Source: Candidatus Woesearchaeota archaeon
Lineage (GTDB): Archaea > Nanobdellota > Nanobdellia > Woesearchaeales > JAZDKJ01
Direction of reading: 5' to 3'
NCBI GenBank assembly: GCA_043803105.1
Contig: JAZDKJ010000006.1
Coordinates: 384,001-448,000, forward strand
DNA: 64,000 nucleotides
Position 1 is the first letter of the stretch, and every line of letters starts with the position of its first letter. The position numbers and the translations under genes were made by a program. This document shows positions 26,428-35,648 of the stretch, piece by piece. The notes beneath the pieces were generated by a model. The model was given only the letters and a program-made list of their open reading frames with translations, was not told the origin of the DNA and ran no database searches.

Positions 26428-27732
26428 ATGAAAGTCCTTATTGTAGGTTCAGGAGGTCGGGAGCATGCTCTGGCCTGGAAAATAGCCAAAAGTCCGCTGG
26501 TTTCTAAGGTATATTGTGCTCCAGGTAATGACGGAATTTTGCAGACGCCAAAGGCAGATTGTTTCTCAGAAATCAAGGCAACAGATATTGAAGGCCTTGT
26601 TTCCCTGGCGAAAAAGAAAGGTGTTGATTTCACTCTTTTTGGTCCTGAAGATTCTTTGGTCAACGGCGCCTATGACAGGTTCAGGAAAGAAGGCCGTCTT
26701 GCTTTAGGCCCTGATAGCTGGGGAGCTGATATTGAAGGCAGCAAAGCCTGGACAAAGGACTTGATGCAAAACTATGGTATACCTACTGCCTTTGGCCAGT
26801 CAACCTCAAGGATTTCACAAGCTAAGGATATTGCCAAGGAATTTGTGCAGCATTATGGTGGTGTAGTTGTCAAGGCAGATGGGCCTTGTGGCGGAAAGGG
26901 AGTTTTTGTATGCAGAACCTTGCTTGAAGCCATTTTAGCCATAGACCGGATTATGGTCAAGCGAGTCTTTGGCCCTGCTGGAAAGCGAGTTGTCTTGGAA
27001 GAACTGCTTGTTGGCGAGGAAGCATCATTCATGGCATTGGTAAACAGCGTCGAAGATTATATCTTGCCTTTTGCTTCATCGCAAGACCATAAGAGGCGTG
27101 ATGATGGAGATAAAGGCCCAATGACCGGCGGCATGGGTGCTTATTCGCCTGCGCCTGTAGTAACACCTGTAATTCATAAAATGATAATGAAAGACACCTT
27201 GTACCAGACTATGCGCGCTATGGCTCAGGAAGGCAGGCCTTATGTTGGGGTCATGTATGCTGGCCTAATGATAGTTAAAGGAAAACCAAAGGTGCTGGAA
27301 TTCAACTGCCGCTTCGGAGACCCAGAGATCCAGCCAATACTAATGAGGATGAAACCTGACATTATGCCTTTGCTCATTGGCTGTGCAGAAGGCAACCTCA
27401 GAAAACAGACGGTTGAATGGTACGACGACGCTGCGGTCTGCGTAGTTATGGCCTCAAAAGGTTATCCTGAATCAGAGCAATTGAGAGGCCAGCAGATTCA
27501 CGGCCTTGAGGATGTTACACACATGGAAAATGTCTATGCCTTCCATGCAGGCACTGCTTACAAGAATGGTGTTTGGACTAATAAGGGTGGCCGTGTCTTA
27601 GGTGTAACTGGCAGAGCGCCCACCATAAAGGAGGCACAAGACCTTGCCTATGAAGCAGCCAAAATGATTACATTCAATGGTGCTCATTATCGCACTGACA
27701 TAGGCAATAAAGCAATCCAGAAAACAGTCTAG
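26428..27732 (+). CDS. purD: phosphoribosylamine--glycine ligase
   Basis: GSGGREHALAW, APGN, EGSK, QDHKR, TGGMGAYSP, EFNCRFGDPE, GGRVL. Confidence 0.97.
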   Translation: MKVLIVGSGGREHALAWKIAKSPLVSKVYCAPGNDGILQTPKADCFSEIKATDIEGLVSLAKKKGVDFTLFGPEDSLVNGAYDRFRKEGRLALGPDSWGADIEGSKAWTKDLMQNYGIPTAFGQSTSRISQAKDIAKEFVQHYGGVVVKADGPCGGKGVFVCRTLLEAILAIDRIMVKRVFGPAGKRVVLEELLVGEEASFMALVNSVEDYILPFASSQDHKRRDDGDKGPMTGGMGAYSPAPVVTPVIHKMIMKDTLYQTMRAMAQEGRPYVGVMYAGLMIVKGKPKVLEFNCRFGDPEIQPILMRMKPDIMPLLIGCAEGNLRKQTVEWYDDAAVCVVMASKGYPESEQLRGQQIHGLEDVTHMENVYAFHAGTAYKNGVWTNKGGRVLGVTGRAPTIKEAQDLAYEAAKMITFNGAHYRTDIGNKAIQKTV

Positions 27733-27771
27733 TATTGCGAATAACAGAAAAGCAAGTTAGAGGTATCTCAA

Positions 27772-28725
27772 GTGTCTGATAAACTGTTGCTGATTGGTAT
27801 GGGTTCGCCTAGTGATTTGAAGCATTTTGAAAAGCCTTATGCAAGCCTTGACGGCACCATCCCGGAATATCTCTTAAAAAAGGGTGTGAGACTATATTTG
27901 AGCCCTGGCACAGGAAAGCCTCTTGTTACCTCAATACATCGCACCACTGATACAGCAATGAAATTTGCAGATTCTCTTGATAGCTTGGTTGCTATAGAAG
28001 GAAGAAATGACAGGTTTGTTGCCTTATTGTTTGGCGGGCTTGCTTTTCATCTTGGTGGGGCTTTTGCTGGAAAGAATCCTGCAATACCGACGATTGTAGC
28101 TGCGATGGATGAGCATGCCTTCATGAGCGCCTATGCTATGCCTAAAGGAACTCCGGTTGGATTGGTTGGAGTCAACCAGCTTGACAAGGCTGTGATGATG
28201 GCAACTAAGATTCTTGACTATAACGATTCTAACCGAGCATGGATCATACACCATCATTTCACCAATCCTCCATCGACTGATAGGGAGCATCTCGTAAAGT
28301 CTTCATATGATGCTGCCACTCAGCTTCTGCAAAAGTGCAATGTTTTGTCTTGGGCAGTTGAATTTATTTTTGTCGCGCAGAAGAAATATAAAGGTGTTTC
28401 ATTAAGCCTGCCAGCGCTGCCACAAACCGCAATAGAAATGGACAAGAGGTTAATTTTGGGTTCTGTTTCGTTTGTCAATCCTGCTGCGTTAAGTCCTTGC
28501 ACCACAGGTCAGTATCAGACCCTCATGGATGTTGCTGGTCAGCTCAAGAACTCTTTGCTGGTCCATGACCCTTACAACGCAGCCCTTTTTACAATCCAGG
28601 TTATCGCAAACAAGTATCCAGACTTACGTCTTGGGCTTGACAGGATAAAGGAAGAATCGAGGCTGCCGACTGCGAAGGGTGGGTATTCTCAGTTTTTGCC
28701 AATAAAAAAGGATGATTTCAAGTGA
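27772..28725 (+). CDS. purE: double-length PurE-like AIR carboxylase/mutase
   Basis: MGSPSD, SIHRT, GLAFHLGG, MPKGTPVG; second degenerate domain ending NAALFTIQVIA. Confidence 0.8.
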   Translation: MSDKLLLIGMGSPSDLKHFEKPYASLDGTIPEYLLKKGVRLYLSPGTGKPLVTSIHRTTDTAMKFADSLDSLVAIEGRNDRFVALLFGGLAFHLGGAFAGKNPAIPTIVAAMDEHAFMSAYAMPKGTPVGLVGVNQLDKAVMMATKILDYNDSNRAWIIHHHFTNPPSTDREHLVKSSYDAATQLLQKCNVLSWAVEFIFVAQKKYKGVSLSLPALPQTAIEMDKRLILGSVSFVNPAALSPCTTGQYQTLMDVAGQLKNSLLVHDPYNAALFTIQVIANKYPDLRLGLDRIKEESRLPTAKGGYSQFLPIKKDDFK

Positions 28726-28736
28726 GGTGAAATAAC

Positions 28737-30017
28737 GTGGGCAGTACAAAAGATTTGGTTACTACAGGAAAGCTTGGTGAGCAATGGTATGCGCCTCCAA
28801 CCGCTGTCAAGTTTGGTTATGGACCAATGCAGGTAAAAGGAACCTTCTCTGTGGCAGACTTAAAGAAGCTTATTCCTGAGTCTATCATAAAAAACAAGGC
28901 AGAAGCCCTTGCCATGCAGCAGGCAGCATTTGCAGAGTATCTGCAATATAATCACCCTGAGATCCCAAATTCCTATTATGGTATATTGGACAAAGATTTC
29001 AAACGTACTGACGTTCAGCACTTGTTGTCTAAGGGAGAAACATCGAGCATCGTAGTCATGAAGCTTGCCCACACGCCAGATAGCTTTTGCGAAGGTAACC
29101 TTGATAAATATCGGGCTGCCCTGCAATCAGGAGAATTACAGTGCGGCGTTGCAGACGTGGAGTCAATCTTCAGGCTGGGCTTTCCGCTCGGCAGCTCGAC
29201 TTTCGAGGATATTTTCAAGGCTGTCAGGTTAGGAGAAAAGTACGAGCATTTAGCCACTTACAATGAGACTGCGGCCGAACTCGACAAAATCAGGGCTATG
29301 GTTTCCGAGCAAGGTCTTGACATCTTCGAAGGTTTGGAGGAATTGCTTCAAAAAAAAGGCCTGGGCACCACTATTCCGAATCCAGGATTTGTCCTCAAGC
29401 ATTTTGTTTATGATACAACCACAAAATTCGTGAGTTACGGCGACCTTAAGATATCTGAGGAAGATGCTGAGAAACTTAGCGGCCTAAGCCATGAGAGTTA
29501 TCAGCTCTGGAAGAATGACATGTTCCCGAAGATTGCTGCTGCGCAGATAAAATTTTGCATGGAAAGGAACATATTCAATATTGATGGCAAGAGTGAAATC
29601 GTGGCATACCATCGCATGCCAGTTGTTGCCGACTTCCAATGCACTGTTGACGAAAACAGGGAAATGATAGTTGTGGCGGTTGACGGGGTTGAATGGCTGA
29701 TTCCCAGCAATAAGGAAATACAGCGGGCGATTTTCAGAAAAGAGGGAGTTTATGCAGCAAAGGCTGAGGCTTTAAGGCGGTCAGTAAAAGACAAAGGAGT
29801 CTTTGACCATTGGAAGGAGTATTTTCCGGCTGTCATCAAGGAGCGAAAGATTGATTTGGTGGGTGTTACAGAATTCTCGTGTGATTTGATGGCAAATGCA
29901 ATCATGGAAGTTGCCAACCGGACTCTCGGCCATAGGGTGTTTGATGCAAAGCCGCTTGACTCGTGGGTTAGAGACTTTGTTCCTTATGCTAGTAAGTTAC
30001 AAAGGCAAGGTGATTAA
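28737..30017 (+). CDS. purC: SAICAR synthetase, long divergent form
   Basis: MGSTKDL, FSVAD, ESIFR.G.P.GSS, TTKF...D, DGKSE, VAD...TVDENR, NKEIQR. Confidence 0.85.
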   Translation: MGSTKDLVTTGKLGEQWYAPPTAVKFGYGPMQVKGTFSVADLKKLIPESIIKNKAEALAMQQAAFAEYLQYNHPEIPNSYYGILDKDFKRTDVQHLLSKGETSSIVVMKLAHTPDSFCEGNLDKYRAALQSGELQCGVADVESIFRLGFPLGSSTFEDIFKAVRLGEKYEHLATYNETAAELDKIRAMVSEQGLDIFEGLEELLQKKGLGTTIPNPGFVLKHFVYDTTTKFVSYGDLKISEEDAEKLSGLSHESYQLWKNDMFPKIAAAQIKFCMERNIFNIDGKSEIVAYHRMPVVADFQCTVDENREMIVVAVDGVEWLIPSNKEIQRAIFRKEGVYAAKAEALRRSVKDKGVFDHWKEYFPAVIKERKIDLVGVTEFSCDLMANAIMEVANRTLGHRVFDAKPLDSWVRDFVPYASKLQRQGD

Positions 30018-30019
30018 GA

Positions 30020-31972
30020 ATGGGGCATGTTTTGTTCGGTCGTTATCCAAGCAAGGAGATGAAGGAAATCATCGGTCCTCAACCCAAGGATTACAGGACG
30101 CTTTGCTCTCCTGATATGGAAAATATTTTCTCCAAGGAGTCAAAACATAATGGTTGGGATGACGTTTGGTATGCCCATATGAAAGCACAAAAAGAAACAG
30201 GCCTGCCAATACCGCAGGAGCATTTGGATGCCTTCCAAGTTATTCTACACAAGATTAATTATCAACGCATGGATGAGATTGAACGAATCCTGAAGCATGA
30301 TGTTGATTCTGGCAGGAAGCATCGTGCTGAAGAATTGGAGAAGGTGTTGGAAGGCTCTTCCGCATGGCTGCATGCTGGTGCAACTAGCTGCACGGTCACA
30401 GATAATCAGGAGCTTACTGCAATGTATAACGGCTTGCAGCTCTTGGCAGACAAAGGATACAATCTCCTTAACAAGCTTGAGCGTTTTGATTCTGGTCTGA
30501 TTGTTAACCAGCACAAGTCAGATCTAGAATATGCCTTGAATATATTAGACAGCAGGATCAACAACTTCAAGATAAGAGGTGCAAAAGGCACCACAGGCAC
30601 CCAGGCAAGCTATCTCGAGCTGTTTGATGGCAATGCAGAAAAGGTCAGCGCTTTCGAACAAGCCTTCATCCAAAGACTTGGGTTTGGTAGGGCATTCACG
30701 ATAACCGGTCAGACCTATCCACGGATTGCGGATTACCAGCTCGTATCAACCTTGGGCGTGCTTGCGACTGCGCTTTCAAACATTGCAGAGTACTCAGTCA
30801 GCTTTTCCGAAGAATTAGCTCATCCTTTGTCTGATGTGAAGAGCTTTGCAAAAAGCGCTGCGCACATGGCATCCAAGCAGTGGTTGGAGCGAACACTAGA
30901 TGACTCTGCCCAGAGACGGATTATCATCGAAGATTCCTTCAAGGCAGTTGAGTATGTTCTGGATAGGCTGAACTCTGCAGAAATTAACCCGATAGAGATA
31001 AGGGACCCTGACTTTCAGCTAAGCCAGCCATTGTCAGAAACGCTTGAAGGCACTACAGGCAAGGCTCTTGAGCTGTTGCGTGACAAGACTGTGAATACAA
31101 TTTTCAGAATTCACACATTTGCAGAGAAGTTCAAGGACCAGCCTTGCATGGCATACACTCATTATCAGGTTGCCCAGCCTACAACTGTAGGCAAGCGGCT
31201 TGACCTTTGGGCCTATAATTATGTTTTGGCACTTCAGGACATTGAAGACTTTTTGGAGTCTGACAAGAACCTTGAAGTAAGCCAGAATATTGTTGAATAT
31301 CGCATCGCCACACTGTTAACACAGATTGCGGTTGCTGCCCATAAGCAAGCCGCAGATGTCAGGTTGTGCCAGCATGACGGGATAATGACTGAGCCTTTTG
31401 CAATTGGCCAAAAAGGTTCAAGTGCTATGCCTCATAAGCGCAATCCTATGAAGAATGAGCGCATCTGTTCTCTATCTACAGAGTTGATTCAGTATGCTGA
31501 TTCCAATAATGCCAACCCTTATAGCTTTTTGCTAGCTGACTCAGTCTTGAATCTTGCAATGGCTGTTTTTGTTGAGGATACTCCTAAACAAAAGGGCTTT
31601 ACTGTTAACCCAGAGGTTATTGCAAAGAATTTCAGGGAATTTCTGCCATATATCTGCCTAGAGCAACTGGTTAACAAAGTGCTCAAGACAGGAAAATACA
31701 AGCGCGAGGAGCTGTATGACATCGCTTACAATTGCTCAATACAGGCCCGAACCAATGTCGAGGTACACGGCAAGGCAAACAACACGCTTGAATTAGTGTG
31801 CGAATACCCTCAATTTGGGCTCACTCCAGAAATGATTCCTGCGATGCTTGATCCTATGCTCTATATCGGTCTAGCGTCAAAACAGGTAGAATTGTTTGGA
31901 AGGGTGCATGTGGACCCCTTGAAAGAGAAGTACAAATCTGTTCAGGCGTTAGAGTCTGACGTGAAAGTTTAA
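30020..31972 (+). CDS. purB: adenylosuccinate lyase with internally duplicated central domain
   Basis: HDV, HAGATS, KGTTGTQAS, TGQTY, ERTLDDSA, THYQ.AQPTTVGKR, GSSAMPHKRNP all present but in non-canonical order; 650 aa. Confidence 0.92.
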   Translation: MGHVLFGRYPSKEMKEIIGPQPKDYRTLCSPDMENIFSKESKHNGWDDVWYAHMKAQKETGLPIPQEHLDAFQVILHKINYQRMDEIERILKHDVDSGRKHRAEELEKVLEGSSAWLHAGATSCTVTDNQELTAMYNGLQLLADKGYNLLNKLERFDSGLIVNQHKSDLEYALNILDSRINNFKIRGAKGTTGTQASYLELFDGNAEKVSAFEQAFIQRLGFGRAFTITGQTYPRIADYQLVSTLGVLATALSNIAEYSVSFSEELAHPLSDVKSFAKSAAHMASKQWLERTLDDSAQRRIIIEDSFKAVEYVLDRLNSAEINPIEIRDPDFQLSQPLSETLEGTTGKALELLRDKTVNTIFRIHTFAEKFKDQPCMAYTHYQVAQPTTVGKRLDLWAYNYVLALQDIEDFLESDKNLEVSQNIVEYRIATLLTQIAVAAHKQAADVRLCQHDGIMTEPFAIGQKGSSAMPHKRNPMKNERICSLSTELIQYADSNNANPYSFLLADSVLNLAMAVFVEDTPKQKGFTVNPEVIAKNFREFLPYICLEQLVNKVLKTGKYKREELYDIAYNCSIQARTNVEVHGKANNTLELVCEYPQFGLTPEMIPAMLDPMLYIGLASKQVELFGRVHVDPLKEKYKSVQALESDVKV

Positions 31973-33441
31973 TGCGACCACTAAAAAACGAGCCTTCAAG
32001 GAGCTTGAAGGAGTACAGGCTTCTTACAGGCAGGACTACTGCTAAGACTGTTATGTCTTCTGTCAATCTCAGGACAAGACTCTGCACGAGTCCTAATGGC
32101 AAGGACTTTCTCTATCTGAACATTCCATTGATGAGCGCAGCAATGCAGGCTGTTTCAGGAACAAGGTTATCTGTTGCGCTTGCACAGTTTGGAGGCATTT
32201 CTGTTTTGCCGTGCTCTATTCCGGTTCAGGAGCAGGTTGCAATAATCAAGGAAGTGAAGCGCTTCAAGGCAGGCTTCCAGGAGGATGTGACAACCTTTTC
32301 CAAGGATGACCTGATTGCCGATGCTGTTAAGGTAATGAGTACAAAAGGCTATCACACTTTTCCCATAACAGAAAATGGGAGATCGCACGGGAGGCTCCTT
32401 GGCATATTATCAGACAGGAATTTTGACCCCAAAGAGCACGTAAAGAATAAGATCGAGAAACACATGGTGAAGAATGTTGTGACAGCAAGGGAGGGCATTT
32501 CATTGCCTGATGCAAACAAGGTGATGATAAAATACGGCAGGAGCATACTACCTATTGTTGACTCAAGGAAAAACCTACGATACGTTGTCTTCAAGAAAGA
32601 CCTGGAAAAGCACAGGAACTTTCCTGATGAGCTCGTCGACCATAACAAGCGCTATATGATCGCTGCAGCAGTCTCGACCTTGCCTAGTGACCACTCAAGG
32701 ATTGATGCCCTGATTAAGGCAGGAGTTGATGCCTTGATCATTGATTCCTCCGATGGTTTTTCTGATTTCCAAATTGAGACCTTGAGCTATATCCGTAATA
32801 AAACAAGGAAGATTCCGGTGATTGGGGGAAATATAATCACTAAAGAAGGCTTTTTTCACTTGGCTGAAGCTGGTTTTGATGCAGTTAAGGTCGGAATGGG
32901 AATTGGTTCTGGCTGCACGACACAAGAGCAGAAAGGTGTTGGTCGAGGCCAGGCTTCTGCCTTGATTGATGTCTGCGCTGCTCGCGACGAGTTTTATTCA
33001 AACACCAACAGATATCTTCCAATAATTTCTGATGGCAGCATTTCAAATCCTGGCCAGATTGTAATTGCCTTGGCTCTAGGCGCAGATTCTGTCATGATGG
33101 GTCGGTTCTTTGCCCAATTCTCCGAGTCTGAAGGCGGTGTGAGGAATCATCCTCAATACGGTCCATTGAAAGAATTCTGGATGGAAGCCTCTGCCAGGGC
33201 GAGGAGTTATGGCCGCTATGAAACCAAGCCAGAATTCTTTTTTGAGGAAGGTGTCGAAGGCTATGTTCCGCACATTGGATCAATCTATGATAATCTCGGC
33301 CAGACTTTGATCAAGATAAAGTCTGCCTTGTCCAATGCTGGCTGCAAGAATATAGATGAATTGCACAAGACTGCAGTGCTTGAATTGCAATCAATAGCAT
33401 CATTGCAGGATGCTGCAGTGCATGATATTATAACTAAGTGA
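31972..33441 (+). CDS. guaB: IMP dehydrogenase with CBS pair
   Basis: PLMSAAMQAVS, IDSSDG, VKVGMGIGSGCTT, SDG, EEGVEGYVP. Confidence 0.95.
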   Translation: MRPLKNEPSRSLKEYRLLTGRTTAKTVMSSVNLRTRLCTSPNGKDFLYLNIPLMSAAMQAVSGTRLSVALAQFGGISVLPCSIPVQEQVAIIKEVKRFKAGFQEDVTTFSKDDLIADAVKVMSTKGYHTFPITENGRSHGRLLGILSDRNFDPKEHVKNKIEKHMVKNVVTAREGISLPDANKVMIKYGRSILPIVDSRKNLRYVVFKKDLEKHRNFPDELVDHNKRYMIAAAVSTLPSDHSRIDALIKAGVDALIIDSSDGFSDFQIETLSYIRNKTRKIPVIGGNIITKEGFFHLAEAGFDAVKVGMGIGSGCTTQEQKGVGRGQASALIDVCAARDEFYSNTNRYLPIISDGSISNPGQIVIALALGADSVMMGRFFAQFSESEGGVRNHPQYGPLKEFWMEASARARSYGRYETKPEFFFEEGVEGYVPHIGSIYDNLGQTLIKIKSALSNAGCKNIDELHKTAVLELQSIASLQDAAVHDIITK

Positions 33442-33451
33442 GGTGTCATAA

Positions 33452-34864
33452 ATGGGTTTTTCAGAATTGGTGTCAGGTAAGCAGACAATTGCTATTGTTT
33501 GCAATCAATGGGGTGATTCAGGCAAGGGAAAGTTTGTCCACTTGTTTAGCGAGTGGGCTGACATTATCGCACGTGGTACTGGAGGTCCGAATGCAGGTCA
33601 TACTGTTGTAATAAACGACAAGACATACATCTTCCACACGATCCCTTCTGGAATTTTGTATGACTGCGCTGGAAAGACTAATGTGATGGGACCTGGAATG
33701 GTTATTGATTTGAAAGGCCTTGGTGAAGAGTTGGACACGCTTGACAAAGAGCGTGCCTCATATAATCACTTGGTTATCAGCAATGCAGCAAATGTGATTT
33801 TGCCCCAGCACAAGATTCGAGATGGTGCTGCTTTCGCATCCATGGCCAAAGGGTCTGTTGGTTCAACCGGCCGAGGCATCGGCCCTTGCTATGCTGATGC
33901 GACTGCCAGAACAGGAATTACCTTAGCAGATCTGTTTGACAAAGATATATTGGCAAAGAAATTGAGGGAAAACCTCAAGAACTATCCTGATTTGGTTGAC
34001 AAGCTAGACGTGGACGAGATTATTGAAGAGCAGCTCAAACATTTTGAAAGAATAAGACCTTTTGTCCGCGAAACGCATTATCTTATGAACGAGTCCCTTG
34101 CTGCAGGAAAGAAGATCCTCCTGGAAGGTGCACAGGGATTATTGCTGAGCATAATGTTTGGTACCACACGATATCAGACCAGCTCTGATTGCTCTATTAT
34201 CGGAACAGCTCAAGGTGTAGGCCTGAATCCAGCAGTCGTTGACTTAACTCTTGGGATAGTCAAGGCACCTTATATGACTCGTGTTGGCAACGGCCCATTC
34301 CCTACTGAGTTTGGAGGAGTACTGGCTGAAGAGTATTGTGCAGATGTGAGCCACAACAAGAAGGTTGAACTGGCAAATTACAATCTTGAAGCGCTTCTAC
34401 GCTCTCCACGCGAGTTCGACCAGGGGTTATATGCGAGAATTAAAGGAAATGAGTATGGGGCCACCACTGGCCGTCCAAGGAGAACCGGATGGATTGACTT
34501 GGTTGCCCTTCGCTATGCTGCCATGATTAACAAGAGCGCAAAGGCGAAAAGGGCTGATGTTATCATAACAAAGCCCGATGTGATGGATGAGTTTGACAAG
34601 ATAAAATTATGTGTTGGCTACACCCTTGGGGGTGTGATCACCACCAGGTTCCCGCACCGTTCTGAACTGCTTGAACAATGTGCACCTATTTACGTAACCA
34701 TGGACGGGTGGAAGACCCCAATAAGCGACTTCAGGGATTACAATGAAATAAAGAGGAAAGCGCCAAACCTTGCCAACATTCTGTTCTTCATTGAAGAATA
34801 TGCTGGTGTTAATATCAGGAGCGTATCTGTTGGCGCTGATAATGACCAAACAATCTTTAGGTGA
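33452..34864 (+). CDS. purA: adenylosuccinate synthetase
   Basis: QWGDSGKGK, GGPNAGHT, GSTGRGIGPCY, LLEGAQG, TRVGNGPFPTE, EYGATTGRPRRTGW. Confidence 0.96.
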   Translation: MGFSELVSGKQTIAIVCNQWGDSGKGKFVHLFSEWADIIARGTGGPNAGHTVVINDKTYIFHTIPSGILYDCAGKTNVMGPGMVIDLKGLGEELDTLDKERASYNHLVISNAANVILPQHKIRDGAAFASMAKGSVGSTGRGIGPCYADATARTGITLADLFDKDILAKKLRENLKNYPDLVDKLDVDEIIEEQLKHFERIRPFVRETHYLMNESLAAGKKILLEGAQGLLLSIMFGTTRYQTSSDCSIIGTAQGVGLNPAVVDLTLGIVKAPYMTRVGNGPFPTEFGGVLAEEYCADVSHNKKVELANYNLEALLRSPREFDQGLYARIKGNEYGATTGRPRRTGWIDLVALRYAAMINKSAKAKRADVIITKPDVMDEFDKIKLCVGYTLGGVITTRFPHRSELLEQCAPIYVTMDGWKTPISDFRDYNEIKRKAPNLANILFFIEEYAGVNIRSVSVGADNDQTIFR

Positions 34865-34873
34865 GGTGTAAAA

Positions 34874-35647
34874 ATGCAAAAAACTTTAATGGATGTTTTA
34901 AAAGATTTTCCCTATCTAGGGAGGTTTGTTCTTATAGGCGTTGACCTCACAGATACATTTAATTTTATAGCCTGTGGCATCCAGGGTCGAAGCCCGCCAA
35001 GTAGAGAAAGGTATTATGAAGAAAGCACTGACAGGAAGACTCTCTCTGTAAAACCTCTTGCGTATGACAAGATGGTCCGTGAATTCCAGGGAGGCAACCT
35101 TAGCGCCAATCCAGAACTTCTGTTATACAATGTGATAAAAGCTCACCTGACCGGCGTTGCAGTCAGCAACGGAAAACAGACTGATTCGATTGCTGACCTT
35201 ATACAACCTGGCCAAAAGCCAAAATCCATTCTTGAAAGAGGCTTATCCAATTGGAGTTATGAATCTGATCCTCCAAATAACACTCCAAGAGTTAACGGGG
35301 TGGTGAATGATAATCAGGCATGCTTGGCAATTCTGAAAAAGGACAAGGATGGATCACGATTGCCACTATATTTTAACGTCCCGATGACAAGAGGCAGAGG
35401 CATGTTACTCCCAACTTATACAGGGGTTAATATGAATCCTCTTCCTTCGTTTCAAGGCGAGCCTCTGGAATTGGAGCTCACTGCCACAACCCCAACTGAG
35501 ATGGTGCTTATGCTTTATGGTGCCTTAGTGCCACAGTCAGGAGATGATTTACGCGTTGCTGTCGGAGCAATGTTCCAGAACAGGATGGACTTTTCCACAA
35601 TGCTCTACAGCAAGAGCCGTTACGAAAAACCAGTCGAGGTGAAATAA
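34874..35647 (+). CDS. purO: IMP cyclohydrolase (PurO/IMP_cyclohyd-like)
   Basis: YLGRFVLIG, GRSPPSRER, LLLYN, SNGKQTD, YESDPPNNTPRV.G, PTY. Confidence 0.85.
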   Translation: MQKTLMDVLKDFPYLGRFVLIGVDLTDTFNFIACGIQGRSPPSRERYYEESTDRKTLSVKPLAYDKMVREFQGGNLSANPELLLYNVIKAHLTGVAVSNGKQTDSIADLIQPGQKPKSILERGLSNWSYESDPPNNTPRVNGVVNDNQACLAILKKDKDGSRLPLYFNVPMTRGRGMLLPTYTGVNMNPLPSFQGEPLELELTATTPTEMVLMLYGALVPQSGDDLRVAVGAMFQNRMDFSTMLYSKSRYEKPVEVK

Positions 35648-35648
35648 G

